A stretch of DNA of 24,000 bases from Alphaproteobacteria bacterium (lineage in GTDB: Bacteria; Pseudomonadota; Alphaproteobacteria; Rhizobiales; OSC116). The DNA lies in contig NVQL02000063.1 in assembly GCA_002400495.2 (NCBI GenBank), forward strand, positions 1 to 24,000, written 5' to 3'. The position numbers were made by a program, and so were the translations under genes. The notes under the pieces were generated by a model, which did not search any database, had not been told where the DNA came from, and saw only the letters and a list, made by a program, of their open reading frames with translations. Positions 1 to 8,916 of this stretch are shown here, piece after piece. Position 1 is the first letter of the stretch, and each line of letters starts with the position of its first letter.

Positions 1-85
1 CTTTGGTAAAATCTTCAATAAGTGTTTCCACTTGTGAAGTAGAAATATCTTGACGAGCAAGAATAATATGTTCGTATTTTGGCAT
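1..85 (-). CDS. rpsF: 30S ribosomal protein bS6, N-terminal part (runs off the window start)
   Basis: The minus-strand translation from ATG (complement of 83-85) is MPKYEHIILARQDISTSQVETLIEDFTK, the typical bS6 N-terminus. An AAGGAAAGG Shine-Dalgarno lies about 7 nt upstream. The gene is divergent from fabD, as in many alphaproteobacteria. It is absent from the ORF track because it is truncated. Confidence 0.75.
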   Translation of the reverse strand, partial: MPKYEHIILARQDISTSQVETLIEDFTK

Positions 86-428
86 GATTAGCCTTTCCTT
101 AAAATATATCTCTAGCGCATAGCCCCTTTTGAGCCATTTTTGGAAAGACTCAAGAGGAAGTCAAAAGAGCGAGGACACGGGAAGGTAAAACCATTTAAAA
201 TCAAGTGGTTTTGCCTAATACTTAGATAAAAATCCAAGTTTTAGACTTCCGTTCAGCCCTCAACTAGAGCTTCATAACAGGCGTTTTATAGCTGTTTCTG
301 GCTATAATGCAAGCCCTAACGCGCGCAATATAGGCCAATTTGTGGATTTTATCAAAATAATTGTTTGTCATCGCCTTGCGACAGGCTATTTTGAGTCAAT
401 TCGAATCGCAGATAAAACAGGTAAAAAT

Positions 429-1370
429 ATGACAATAGCATTCACATTTCCAGGCCAAGGCAGCCAAAAAGTCGGCATGGGTCAAGCACTGGCCAGTAGC
501 TCTAACATAGCGCGTGAAGTGTATGATGAGGTGAATGAGGCATTGGGCTTTAACCTATCTGAGCTGATGTTTAATGGCCCTGAAGATCAATTGACATTAA
601 CCGAAAACGCGCAACCCGCCTTAATGGCAGTGAGCATTGCGGTGATGCGCATGTTAGAAGCGCAAGGTGTTGACCTTAGCAAAAGTGTACAATATATAGC
701 GGGTCACTCATTAGGTGAATATTCGGCTCTAACCGCAGCGGGCGTGTTCAGTTTGGCTGACACCGCAAAATTGTTGCAAATTCGCGGCCGCGCGATGCAA
801 AAATCTTGCCCTGTGGGCCAAGGCGCCATGGCCGCTTTGTTAGGCTTAGATTTCGCTGCCGCAATTGAAGTGGCAACTGAGGCCGCTGGCGACGATGTCT
901 GCCAAGCCGCCAATGACAATGCCAATGGCCAAGTGGTGATATCAGGCCATAAAGCCGCAGTTGAACGTGCCTTAGACATTGCCAAAGCCAAAGGTGCCAA
1001 ACGTGCAATATTATTGCCAGTTAGCGCGCCATTCCATTGCTCACTTATGCAACCCGCCGCCGAAGCCATGCAAGCTGCTTTGGCTGATGTTAATATGAAC
1101 GCCCCCATTGTGCCATTAGTTGCCAATGTAAGCGCCAGCCCGACATCGGATGTTGAGACCATTCGCAAACAGTTGGTTGAACAAGTGACAGGCACAGTGC
1201 GCTGGCGCGAATCAGTTGTCTTTATGGGGCAAAACGGCATTAAAACATTGGTAGAAGTTGGCAATGGCAAAGTGCTAACAGGTATGGTGCGCCGCATTGA
1301 CAAAGAGCTAACTGCTATGGCTTGCGGCACTGATGAAGAGATTGCAGCTATTGTTGAATTGTTAAAATAG
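429..1370 (+). CDS. fabD: malonyl-CoA:ACP transacylase
   Basis: Uses ORF-track frame 342..1370. I moved the start to ATG 429 (MTIAFTFPGQGSQKVGMG), the canonical FabD N-terminus. The active-site motif GHSLGEYSAL is present, and the gene sits at the head of a fab cluster. Confidence 0.92.
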   Translation: MTIAFTFPGQGSQKVGMGQALASSSNIAREVYDEVNEALGFNLSELMFNGPEDQLTLTENAQPALMAVSIAVMRMLEAQGVDLSKSVQYIAGHSLGEYSALTAAGVFSLADTAKLLQIRGRAMQKSCPVGQGAMAALLGLDFAAAIEVATEAAGDDVCQAANDNANGQVVISGHKAAVERALDIAKAKGAKRAILLPVSAPFHCSLMQPAAEAMQAALADVNMNAPIVPLVANVSASPTSDVETIRKQLVEQVTGTVRWRESVVFMGQNGIKTLVEVGNGKVLTGMVRRIDKELTAMACGTDEEIAAIVELLK

Positions 1371-1372
1371 CC

Positions 1373-1873
1373 ATGCCAAGTGAAACAATTTTATATTTTG
1401 CCTATGGCTCCAACATGTTGTCACAACGTTTAACCGACCGTTGCCCCAGCGCCAAAGCCATTGGCGTGGCGGTTGTTCATCACCATTATATGAGCTTTGG
1501 TTTGGCGGGTAGGGATGGCAGTGGCAAGGCGGCGATTGTAAAAACTCACAACCAAGACGATAAAGTGCATGGTGTGGTGTTTGAACTTGCGCGCACGGAA
1601 CTTGCAGATTTAGATAAGTTTGAGATAAAATATAAGCGCAATGATAATTTTGAAGTGGTTATGGATGGCCAATCCCATAAAACCATCACTTATTATGTAC
1701 TTGAAACCAAACTAGAGATTGGCTTGCTGCCGACAGATTGGTATCGTGATATTTGTCTGGCAGGTGCTAAGCAGCACGGCTTGGATGCTGATTATATTGC
1801 AGAGCTTGAAGCACTTATTGTGCGTCAAGACCCAGATAATGATGGCCATAAATATTTGCAAAATTTGGCATAG
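1373..1873 (+). CDS. gamma-glutamylcyclotransferase / AIG2-like family protein
   Basis: A 166-aa ORF whose ATG lies 2 nt after the fabD stop. The N-terminal YFAYGSNM motif and the size are typical of the GGCT/AIG2-like fold. The specific substrate is unknown. Confidence 0.65.
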   Translation: MPSETILYFAYGSNMLSQRLTDRCPSAKAIGVAVVHHHYMSFGLAGRDGSGKAAIVKTHNQDDKVHGVVFELARTELADLDKFEIKYKRNDNFEVVMDGQSHKTITYYVLETKLEIGLLPTDWYRDICLAGAKQHGLDADYIAELEALIVRQDPDNDGHKYLQNLA

Positions 1874-1936
1874 AATCATTGTAATTCTGACGCGATAACT
1901 TATATTCGTAGCAATAATATTTGAAGAGGCAGAAAT

Positions 1937-2674
1937 ATGTTTGATTTAACCGGTAAAAATGTGCTGGTCACAGGCGCAACAGGTGGCATTGGCCGCGCCA
2001 TCGCTGAGGCTTTTCATGCCCAAGGCGCCACTGTGACCCTATCGGGCACCCGCGAAGCTGTGTTGCAAGAGATTGCCGATGCGCTAGGTGAGCGTGTGCA
2101 TTTTGTGCCCTGTAACCTATCTGATAAAACCAGCGTCGAAGCCCTTGTGCCCGCCGCAATAGAGGCGATGGGCAGCATTGATATATTGGTCAATAATGCA
2201 GGCATCACTCGTGATGGCTTGTTCATGCGCATGAAAGATGAAGATTGGGATGATGTGATTGCGGTTAATTTAACCGCCGCCTTTAGGCTCTCACGCGCGG
2301 TGCTGCGCGGTATGATGAAGGCGCGCAATGGCCGCATCATCAATATATCTTCCGTAGTGGGTGTGGCTGGCAACCCAGGCCAAGCCAATTATGTGGCCTC
2401 AAAAGCTGCCATCATCGGCCTTGGCAAATCACTGGCGCAAGAAGTTGGCAATCGAAGCATCACAGTGAATGCCATCGCCCCAGGCTTTATCGCCACTCCC
2501 ATGACAGATGCATTAAACGAAAAACAAACCGAAGCGATTCTATCTAACATTCCGACCAAACGCCTAGGCACCGCGGCCGAAATTGCTGCCGCTGCCGTTT
2601 ATCTAGCCTCTGACGAAGCGGCTTATGTAACGGGGCAAACTTTGCATGTAAATGGCGGCATGATGATGGTTTAA
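1937..2674 (+). CDS. fabG: 3-oxoacyl-ACP reductase (SDR family)
   Basis: Has the TGATGGIGRAIA Rossmann motif, NNAG, and catalytic S...YxxxK (ISSVVG...YVASKAA). Ends in the C-terminal GQTLHVNGGMMMV typical of FabG. A GAGG Shine-Dalgarno is upstream. Confidence 0.92.
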   Translation: MFDLTGKNVLVTGATGGIGRAIAEAFHAQGATVTLSGTREAVLQEIADALGERVHFVPCNLSDKTSVEALVPAAIEAMGSIDILVNNAGITRDGLFMRMKDEDWDDVIAVNLTAAFRLSRAVLRGMMKARNGRIINISSVVGVAGNPGQANYVASKAAIIGLGKSLAQEVGNRSITVNAIAPGFIATPMTDALNEKQTEAILSNIPTKRLGTAAEIAAAAVYLASDEAAYVTGQTLHVNGGMMMV

Positions 2675-2721
2675 ATAGGCCAGCGCAGCTTAAAACCTGT
2701 GCGAAACCTTAACAAAATTGA

Positions 2722-2748
2722 ACATAAAACGCAATTTTTATGTTTTTT
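2722..2748 (+). terminator. weak AT-rich hairpin plus T-run downstream of fabG
   Basis: ACATAAAA (2722-2729) pairs with TTTTATGT (2736-2743), followed by TTTTT. The stem is all A/T apart from one C-G pair, so function is uncertain. Confidence 0.3.
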
Positions 2749-2922
2749 ATGCCCTCAAAGGAAATCTTAGCTTGATTTTTTTTGTAAAAGGGGGCAACTG
2801 AGAGCAAGCATTTTAGGAATGCGAAATGCACCTAAAGTTTGGATTATGTGGTAAGGTCATAAATTAGGCCATATTTGCGGCTAAGCATTATGCATTAAGC
2901 GCAGTTAATTGAAGGAAAAACA

Positions 2923-3156
2923 ATGAGTGACGTAGCAGAACGCGTAAAAAAAATCGTAATTGAACATCTTGGTGTGGATGCTGACAAAGTGACCGATACA
3001 TCAAGCTTTATTGATGATCTTGGTGCTGACAGCCTTGACACAGTTGAACTTGTTATGGCATTTGAAGATGAATTTTCGGTGGAAATTCCTGATGATGCTG
3101 CTGAACATATCTCAACAGTTGGTGATGCAGTTAAATTCATCACAGAAAATAAATAA
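2923..3156 (+). CDS. acpP: acyl carrier protein
   Basis: 77 aa with the phosphopantetheine attachment motif [12 protein letters not shown]. An AAGGAAAAA Shine-Dalgarno lies upstream. Located between fabG and fabF. Confidence 0.97.
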   Translation: MSDVAERVKKIVIEHLGVDADKVTDTSSFIDDLGADSLDTVELVMAFEDEFSVEIPDDAAEHISTVGDAVKFITENK

Positions 3157-3178
3157 TCTCATTTGATTTGTTATTTAA

Positions 3179-3213
3179 GCAGCTCGTCTTATTTTTAGAC
3201 GGGCTGTTTTTTT
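3179..3213 (+). terminator. rho-independent terminator after acpP
   Basis: An 11-bp stem, GCAGCTCGTCT (3179-3189) with AGACGGGCTGT (3197-3207), includes two G-U pairs. It has a 7-nt loop and is followed by a T-run (3207-3213). Confidence 0.8.
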
Positions 3214-3354
3214 GGTTTAAAATTTGGAATTTAGCGCTGAATGTGTATAAAAAATTGCCCGAGTGGCGATCTTAATTGCAACATTTTTATAAATATCCTA
3301 TTTTAACCTTAGTTCATATTTATGAATATCTAGAATTTAACGTTAGGTGCGTCT

Positions 3355-4623
3355 ATGTTAAAACGTGTGGTGATTACAGGCCTCGGAATGGTGACCCCAT
3401 TGGCAAATGGAGTCGAAGAAACTTGGCAGCGCTTACTCGATGGCCAATCAGGTGTTTCCAAAATTGAAGCTTTTGATACATCTGATTTAGCGGCAAAAAT
3501 AGCCGGTACAATCCCGCGCGGTGATGGCACAAATGGCACATTTAACCCCGATGATTATATGTTGCCTAAAGATCAAAAAAAGGTCGATGATTTTATTATT
3601 TATGGCATGGCCGCAGCCACCCAAGCGGTCGAAGATGCGAATTGGAAGCCTGAAGATCATGAAAGCCAATGCCGCACAGGCGTATTGATTGGCTCTGGCA
3701 TTGGCGGCCTGTCTGGCATTGCCGATGCTGCAGTGATGATGGAAGAACGTGGACCAAGACGGGTCAGCCCGTTTTTCATCCCGGGACGGTTAATCAATTT
3801 AATCTCTGGTCACGTATCTATTAAATACAGTTTTAAAGGCCCAAACCACAGTGTGGTGACGGCATGTTCAACTGGCGCACATGCCATTGGCGATGCGGCG
3901 CGGCTGATCGCTTTAGATGATGCCGATGTGATGATAGCAGGCGGCGCCGAAAGCCCGATTTGCCGTTTGGGCATTGCAGGCTTTGTTGCCTGTAAAGCAC
4001 TTTCAACAAACTACAATGATGACCCAACCAAAGCTTCAAGACCTTATGATAAAGACCGTGATGGCTTTGTGATGGGTGAGGGCGCAGGCATTATGGTGCT
4101 CGAATCACTTGAGCATGCACAAGCACGTGGTGCAAAAATATATGGCGAGATTACGGGCTATGGTTTATCTGGCGATGCATACCACATCACATCACCCGCG
4201 CCTGATGGCGATGGTGGTTATCGTGCCATGCAAGCTTGCGTTAAACGGGCGGGGGTTAAGCCGAGTGAGATTGACTATGTCAACGCTCATGGCACATCGA
4301 CCCCAATGGGTGATGAAATTGAATTGCGCGCTGTTGAGCGTTTGTTTGGCAATTCAGGCGAAGGCCTGACCATGAGTTCGACCAAATCGGCCACAGGGCA
4401 TTTGTTAGGCGGCGCAGGAGCAATTGAAGCTATATTTGCCACATTGGCGATCAGAGACAATGTCGTGCCACCGACATTGAATTTAGAAAACCCTTCCATG
4501 GATACCAAAACCGATTTGGTGCCCAAGGTGAAAAAACATAAGCAAGTTGATATTGTTTTATCTAACAGTTTTGGTTTTGGCGGCACCAATGCTTCATTGC
4601 TCATCAGGCGGTTTAACGCCTAG
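3355..4623 (+). CDS. fabF: 3-oxoacyl-ACP synthase II
   Basis: 422 aa with the active-site Cys in VVTACSTGAH, the His motifs NAHGTSTP and TGHLLGGAG, and the C-terminal NSFGFGGTNASL. Confidence 0.95.
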   Translation: MLKRVVITGLGMVTPLANGVEETWQRLLDGQSGVSKIEAFDTSDLAAKIAGTIPRGDGTNGTFNPDDYMLPKDQKKVDDFIIYGMAAATQAVEDANWKPEDHESQCRTGVLIGSGIGGLSGIADAAVMMEERGPRRVSPFFIPGRLINLISGHVSIKYSFKGPNHSVVTACSTGAHAIGDAARLIALDDADVMIAGGAESPICRLGIAGFVACKALSTNYNDDPTKASRPYDKDRDGFVMGEGAGIMVLESLEHAQARGAKIYGEITGYGLSGDAYHITSPAPDGDGGYRAMQACVKRAGVKPSEIDYVNAHGTSTPMGDEIELRAVERLFGNSGEGLTMSSTKSATGHLLGGAGAIEAIFATLAIRDNVVPPTLNLENPSMDTKTDLVPKVKKHKQVDIVLSNSFGFGGTNASLLIRRFNA

Positions 4624-4641
4624 CAGCAGTCATTTAAATGA

Positions 4642-5823
4642 GTGAATATGCCAATGAATATGTCAGACGAACAAGAGCCTTATAATGTTGAAACACTGGT
4701 GGATGAAGAAGTTCCACAGGCCGAAGAGCGGCCAGGTTTCTTTGCCCGCCGCAGAATGAAGCGTCAGCTTAAGCTGAGCATGAGACGCCAAAAACAGCAG
4801 AAATCCTTGCGCGGGCGACGTAAAGGTGAAAAATCAAAATCATCTGTCTGGGGCGCGATGAGCAGCCTCATCACAATGTTGCTTATCGTTGTTTTATTGA
4901 TTGCTGGGCTGTGGCTAGCCACCATTCAATTATTTGATGTAAAAAATGATGTAAATGTTGAGACTTTATTTAAGGTAGAACCGGGAGACAATTTAAACGT
5001 CATCGCCAATCGCTTGGAGCAACAGGAATTGGTTTCAAGCCAAGATTTATACCGCCTCATGGTGTCGTATGAAAATAATGACAGACGTCTAAAGGCTGGT
5101 GAATATAAAATTCCACCAAACGCCACCATGCGCGACATTATGAATATATTTGTCGGTGGGCAAAGCATTCAACATAAGCTCACCTTTGCTGAAGGCTTAA
5201 CCATAAGCCAGATCATAGATAAAATAAAAGTCGCACCTTTGCTCAAAGGCCAAATTAGCATCGAGCCAGCAGAAGGCAGTTTAATGCCCGAGACTTACCT
5301 GTTTGAGAGCGGCATGAGCCGTGATGCATTCATCATCCAAATGCAACAGGCTCAAACCAAATTCCTCGCCAATTTATGGGAAACCCGTGCGAAAGATTTG
5401 CCATTAGAGAATATGGAAGAGGTGGTGATATTGGCCTCTATTGTTGAAAAAGAAACTGGTGTGGCGTCAGAGCGGCCTGAAGTGGCGGCAGTGTTTATAA
5501 ATCGTTTGAACAAAAAAATGAGATTGCAATCTGACCCGACGATTATTTACGGCATCACATTGGGTAAATATAAGCTTGATCATGGCATTCGTGAATCAGA
5601 AAAAAATAGAAAAACTGGCTATAATACCTATAACATTGATCGCTTGCCACCAACCCCAATTGCCAACCCAGGCCGCGCGTCTATTTTGGCGGTTTTAAAC
5701 CCCGCAAAAGTTGATTATCTATACTTTGTTGCCGATGGCACTGGTGGCCATGCTTTCACCAATAATTATAAAGCCCATCAGAAAAATGTAAGAGATTTGC
5801 GCGCCAGAGAAAAGGCCAATTAA
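4642..5823 (+). CDS. mltG: endolytic murein transglycosylase (YceG family) with a long basic N-terminal tail
   Basis: A single TM helix (SSLITMLLIVVLLIAGLWLATI) is followed by a YceG domain with ILASIVEKETG and YNTYNIDRLPPTPIANPG. The start is ambiguous (GTG 4642 or ATG 4648, 4654 or 4660). Confidence 0.85.
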   Translation: MNMPMNMSDEQEPYNVETLVDEEVPQAEERPGFFARRRMKRQLKLSMRRQKQQKSLRGRRKGEKSKSSVWGAMSSLITMLLIVVLLIAGLWLATIQLFDVKNDVNVETLFKVEPGDNLNVIANRLEQQELVSSQDLYRLMVSYENNDRRLKAGEYKIPPNATMRDIMNIFVGGQSIQHKLTFAEGLTISQIIDKIKVAPLLKGQISIEPAEGSLMPETYLFESGMSRDAFIIQMQQAQTKFLANLWETRAKDLPLENMEEVVILASIVEKETGVASERPEVAAVFINRLNKKMRLQSDPTIIYGITLGKYKLDHGIRESEKNRKTGYNTYNIDRLPPTPIANPGRASILAVLNPAKVDYLYFVADGTGGHAFTNNYKAHQKNVRDLRAREKAN

Positions 5824-5870
5824 TAAGCCATAAAGCTGCGCGCCAGAAAGCTGAGAAATAGAGGAATAAA

Positions 5871-6533
5871 ATGGATAAAAGTGAGATAAAAAACCGCGGC
5901 ATTATGTTGGTGATTTCATCGCCTTCTGGTGCTGGTAAATCCACCCTCACCAAATTGCTCATGCATCAGGATGATAACATCATGCTGTCCATATCGGCCA
6001 CCACCCGCCCACCACGGCCTGGTGAGGTTGATGGGGTCGATTATTTTTTCATAAGCCTAGAAGAATTTCGCAAAAAAATTGACAATGGCGAAATGCTCGA
6101 ATGGGCAGCGGTGTTAAATGGCAGCAACCTATATGGCACGCCTAAAACCCCTGTTTATGAGGCGCTAGAAGCTGGCAAAGATGTGTTGTTTGACATTGAC
6201 TGGCAAGGCACCCAACAATTGCACGCCAAGGCCAAAGATGATGTGGTCAAAGTCTTCGTTTTACCCCCCACTGCCAGTGCGCTAGAGCAACGCTTGCACA
6301 GCCGTGCGCAGGATAGCATCGAGGTGATTAATGCCCGTATGAAGAGCGCCTCGCGCGAGATTGAGCATTGGGCGGAATATGATTACATCGTGATTAATGA
6401 CGATTTAAAAGAATCCGAAGCCAAGTTAAAAGCCATTTTATACGCCGAAAAACAAAAACGCATCCGCCAACAAGGCATGGTTGAATTTGTCCGCGATATA
6501 CAGGGCGAATTAAGATTGAAATTCGAAAATTAG
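5871..6533 (+). CDS. gmk: guanylate kinase
   Basis: Has the P-loop SSPSGAGKST, the TTRPPRPGEVDGVDYFF motif, and a GAGGA Shine-Dalgarno upstream. Confidence 0.93.
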   Translation: MDKSEIKNRGIMLVISSPSGAGKSTLTKLLMHQDDNIMLSISATTRPPRPGEVDGVDYFFISLEEFRKKIDNGEMLEWAAVLNGSNLYGTPKTPVYEALEAGKDVLFDIDWQGTQQLHAKAKDDVVKVFVLPPTASALEQRLHSRAQDSIEVINARMKSASREIEHWAEYDYIVINDDLKESEAKLKAILYAEKQKRIRQQGMVEFVRDIQGELRLKFEN

Positions 6534-6542
6534 GGAAAGACA

Positions 6543-6740
6543 ATGAGCAACGTGAAAAAAAAGAAAAATTATCGGTTTATTACTGGCACAGATGATGACG
6601 CATTTTGCCAACGGGTGAGTGATGCATTAGATGATGGCTATCGATTATACGGCGATCCAAAACTTAGCCATGATGGCAAAAAAACCATATGCGCTCAGGC
6701 TGTTATTTTGCCAAAACAATCTAAGCAGTGGTTTCAATAG
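6543..6740 (+). CDS. small DUF1737-like protein
   Basis: 65 aa. YRFITGTDDDAFCQRVSDALDDGYRLYGDPKL...ICAQAVI matches my recollection of the DUF1737 pattern (YR.LTG.DD..FC.RV...L..GW.LYG.P). Confidence 0.6.
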   Translation: MSNVKKKKNYRFITGTDDDAFCQRVSDALDDGYRLYGDPKLSHDGKKTICAQAVILPKQSKQWFQ

Positions 6741-6747
6741 TTTTGGC

Positions 6748-7248
6748 TTAAGCCATTTTTTCCCATCTGCCCGATGCCCCTTGTTGCCAATAGGTGATGG
6801 CCGATAAAATATCGGCAGGCAGGGCTTTAAATTTTTTCCATTGTTGGCGCGCTGTGGCAACCGCATCTTCACTTGCGCCATCAAACATCACAATCACCCG
6901 TTGATATTGCGCAATGTCATCACTTTCAACGTCACTGCCCTCAAGCAGAAACCGCACCGATGAGCTATTGGGGTTATGCGCCTCTGCGCCAATTAATATC
7001 GGCTGCAATTGCGCATATTCTTCTTTGCTAAAATTCTTACGTTGGCCTTGTGGCGCGTCATCCAAACCGTGCGGCAAAAAGCTGTCAGCTTTATAGCTCC
7101 ATAGCTGTTTGTCAATTTTCTGTGCCGAGGTTTTATTTTGGCATTGGATATAAACCTTCCAGTCGCGCTCAAAGCATTTCTCGAGCAGCTCTGGCAGCAC
7201 AACATCTAACGGCTTATGTTCCAAATGATAAAATAACACCTCGGTCAT
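6748..7248 (-). CDS. holC: DNA polymerase III chi subunit
   Basis: 166 aa with the N-terminal MTEVLFYHLEHKPLDVVLPELLEK and DSFLPHG motifs typical of alphaproteobacterial HolC. Lies 3 nt downstream of pepA on the same strand. Confidence 0.85.
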   Translation of the reverse strand: MTEVLFYHLEHKPLDVVLPELLEKCFERDWKVYIQCQNKTSAQKIDKQLWSYKADSFLPHGLDDAPQGQRKNFSKEEYAQLQPILIGAEAHNPNSSSVRFLLEGSDVESDDIAQYQRVIVMFDGASEDAVATARQQWKKFKALPADILSAITYWQQGASGRWEKMA

Positions 7249-7251
7249 AGC

Positions 7252-8730
7252 TTAGTCTTTCTCATATTCAGAAATAAACCGTTCAAACAACCGCACACCA
7301 TAGGCCGATGCCCAGCCTTGATTGGTCGGTGTTTTGTCAGCACCCATAATTGTGCCCGCCAAATCAACATGCACCCAAGGCGTGTCATTCACAAACCTCT
7401 GCAGGAATTGCGCAGCATAAATAGCCCCGCCCCAACGGTCGGCCATGTTTTTAACATCAGCGTTCGGCGTGTCGATTTTTTTGTCATAAAATTTATGCAA
7501 CGGCATTTGCCAAATCGGTTCACCCACTTGATCGCCAGCGGTCTTCATTTTGGCCACAAGCGTTTCATCATTGGTGAAAAACCCACCGTAATGCACCCCA
7601 AGTGCCACCACAATCGCGCCCGTCAGCGTTGCGGCATTGAGCATCACTTTGGGGTTAAAACGCTCTTGCGTATACCACAAAATATCGGCCAAAACCAAAC
7701 GGCCTTCAGCATCAGTGTTTAAATTTTCAATGGTTTGGCCAGATAGAGACGTCACAACATCACCAGGTTTTGTTGCCGTGCTGCTTGGCATATTTTCCAC
7801 CAAACCGACCACACAAACCACATTGACCTTAGCTTTACGTGCCGCCAAAGCGCGTATCGCGCCAACCACAGCCGCACTGCCGCCCATATCACCTTTCATA
7901 TCGCCCATACCAGCCGAAGGCTTAATGGATATGCCGCCCGTATCAAACGTCACGCCCTTGCCAACCAAGGCAATCGGCGCATCATTTTTATCGCCGCCAT
8001 TATATTGCATCACCACCACATGGCTTTCATAGGCGCTACCTTGGCCGACGCTTAACAGCGAACCAAAGCCTAATTTAGTCAGCTCTTTTTCGCCCAATAG
8101 CTCAACTTCGATGCCAATTTTCGAAAACTCTCTGAGCCGTTGCGCATAAGTTTCGGGGTTTAATTCATTGGATGGCTCATTGATCAAATCACGCGCATAT
8201 AACACACCTTCAGCCACATGCTGCTTGCTATCCCACGCGGCTTTATCGGCAGCTTGGTTATCCGAATAAACATGAATTTCATTAGCACGGCCTTTGGTCA
8301 CTTTTTTAACCGTTTGATATTTATCCCACTTATAGCCACGCAACGCAGCACCCATAAGAATAGGGTCAACCTCAATGCTTTCATGCCCAACCACAAAATT
8401 CACCCGTTCGGATATCTTCTGTGCGGCGCCAAATGCGTTGGCACCAATATCGGTGAGTGCGTCTTCATTCAGTTCAGTTACTTTGCCCAAACCAACAATA
8501 ATAATCGCATCTAATTTCAAACCATGTGGTGCAATAAGCTCCAAAGTGCTAGCTGCTGCAGCCTTAAAATCGGCAGCCTTTATGGCGCGGCTTAACTGCC
8601 TGTCAGTGGCTTCATCAGCCAATTTTCCTTGGGCATCCAACAGGGCTTCTTCTTGGTTATTTTGGCGGGCAAAATAGACCGCAGCGCCTTTTGACGGGGC
8701 TTCTGATAAATTTTTAAATGTATATTTCAA
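7252..8730 (-). CDS. pepA: leucyl aminopeptidase (M17)
   Basis: Has the M17 motifs VGKGVTFDTGG and NTDAEGRLVLAD. The ORF-track frame is open up to 8922, but I place the start at TTG (complement of 8728-8730) preceded by GGAGA. That gives MKYTFKNLSEAP... and a normal length of about 492 aa. Confidence 0.88.
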   Translation of the reverse strand: MKYTFKNLSEAPSKGAAVYFARQNNQEEALLDAQGKLADEATDRQLSRAIKAADFKAAAASTLELIAPHGLKLDAIIIVGLGKVTELNEDALTDIGANAFGAAQKISERVNFVVGHESIEVDPILMGAALRGYKWDKYQTVKKVTKGRANEIHVYSDNQAADKAAWDSKQHVAEGVLYARDLINEPSNELNPETYAQRLREFSKIGIEVELLGEKELTKLGFGSLLSVGQGSAYESHVVVMQYNGGDKNDAPIALVGKGVTFDTGGISIKPSAGMGDMKGDMGGSAAVVGAIRALAARKAKVNVVCVVGLVENMPSSTATKPGDVVTSLSGQTIENLNTDAEGRLVLADILWYTQERFNPKVMLNAATLTGAIVVALGVHYGGFFTNDETLVAKMKTAGDQVGEPIWQMPLHKFYDKKIDTPNADVKNMADRWGGAIYAAQFLQRFVNDTPWVHVDLAGTIMGADKTPTNQGWASAYGVRLFERFISEYEKD

Positions 8731-8916
8731 AATAGATCTCCATAAGATTCTCAGTTTCCACTGAACATGGCGTTTATCCAAGCCGAGTTCAAGCGATATT
8801 ACGTGATCTGCCTTGATGTTGAAAAAAAACTTAAATTTGCAATTAGATTCGACTTTGTCGCATTGCCGCCTTATTAATAGCCTACAAATATGAGTAACAT
8901 AAGTTTGAGGCAGACA

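Noticed and set aside
243-325. Short matches to the repeat in the rpsF-fabD intergenic region: AGACTTCC at 243-250 and CTAACGCGCG at 316-325.
   Set aside because: The matches are only 8-10 nt each. They occur in the opposite order to that in the repeat, with no other blocks present, so this is most likely chance.
704-1330. Long antisense or out-of-frame ORFs inside confidently called genes. Examples are 704..1330(-), 2014..2388(-), 4287..4604(-), 7318..7722(+), 7637..8032(+), 8874..9434(-), 10440..11174(-), 11821..12144(+) and 23062..23358(+).
   Set aside because: Each lies entirely within a gene that has strong family motifs on the other frame or strand. Their translations are low-complexity (Ala/Arg/Ser/Pro-rich) with no recognisable motifs, which is typical of shadow ORFs.
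2675-2922. The 248-bp fabG-acpP spacer and the 179-bp stretch 14889-15067 upstream of sdhC, examined for riboswitches, sRNAs or tRNA/tmRNA-like structure.
   Set aside because: I found only short AT-rich hairpins, such as GCATTT...AAATGC at about 2810-2831 and TGCATA...TATGCA at about 15021-15038. There is no tRNA-like T-arm and no motif I recognise. A separate acpP promoter region of this size is normal.
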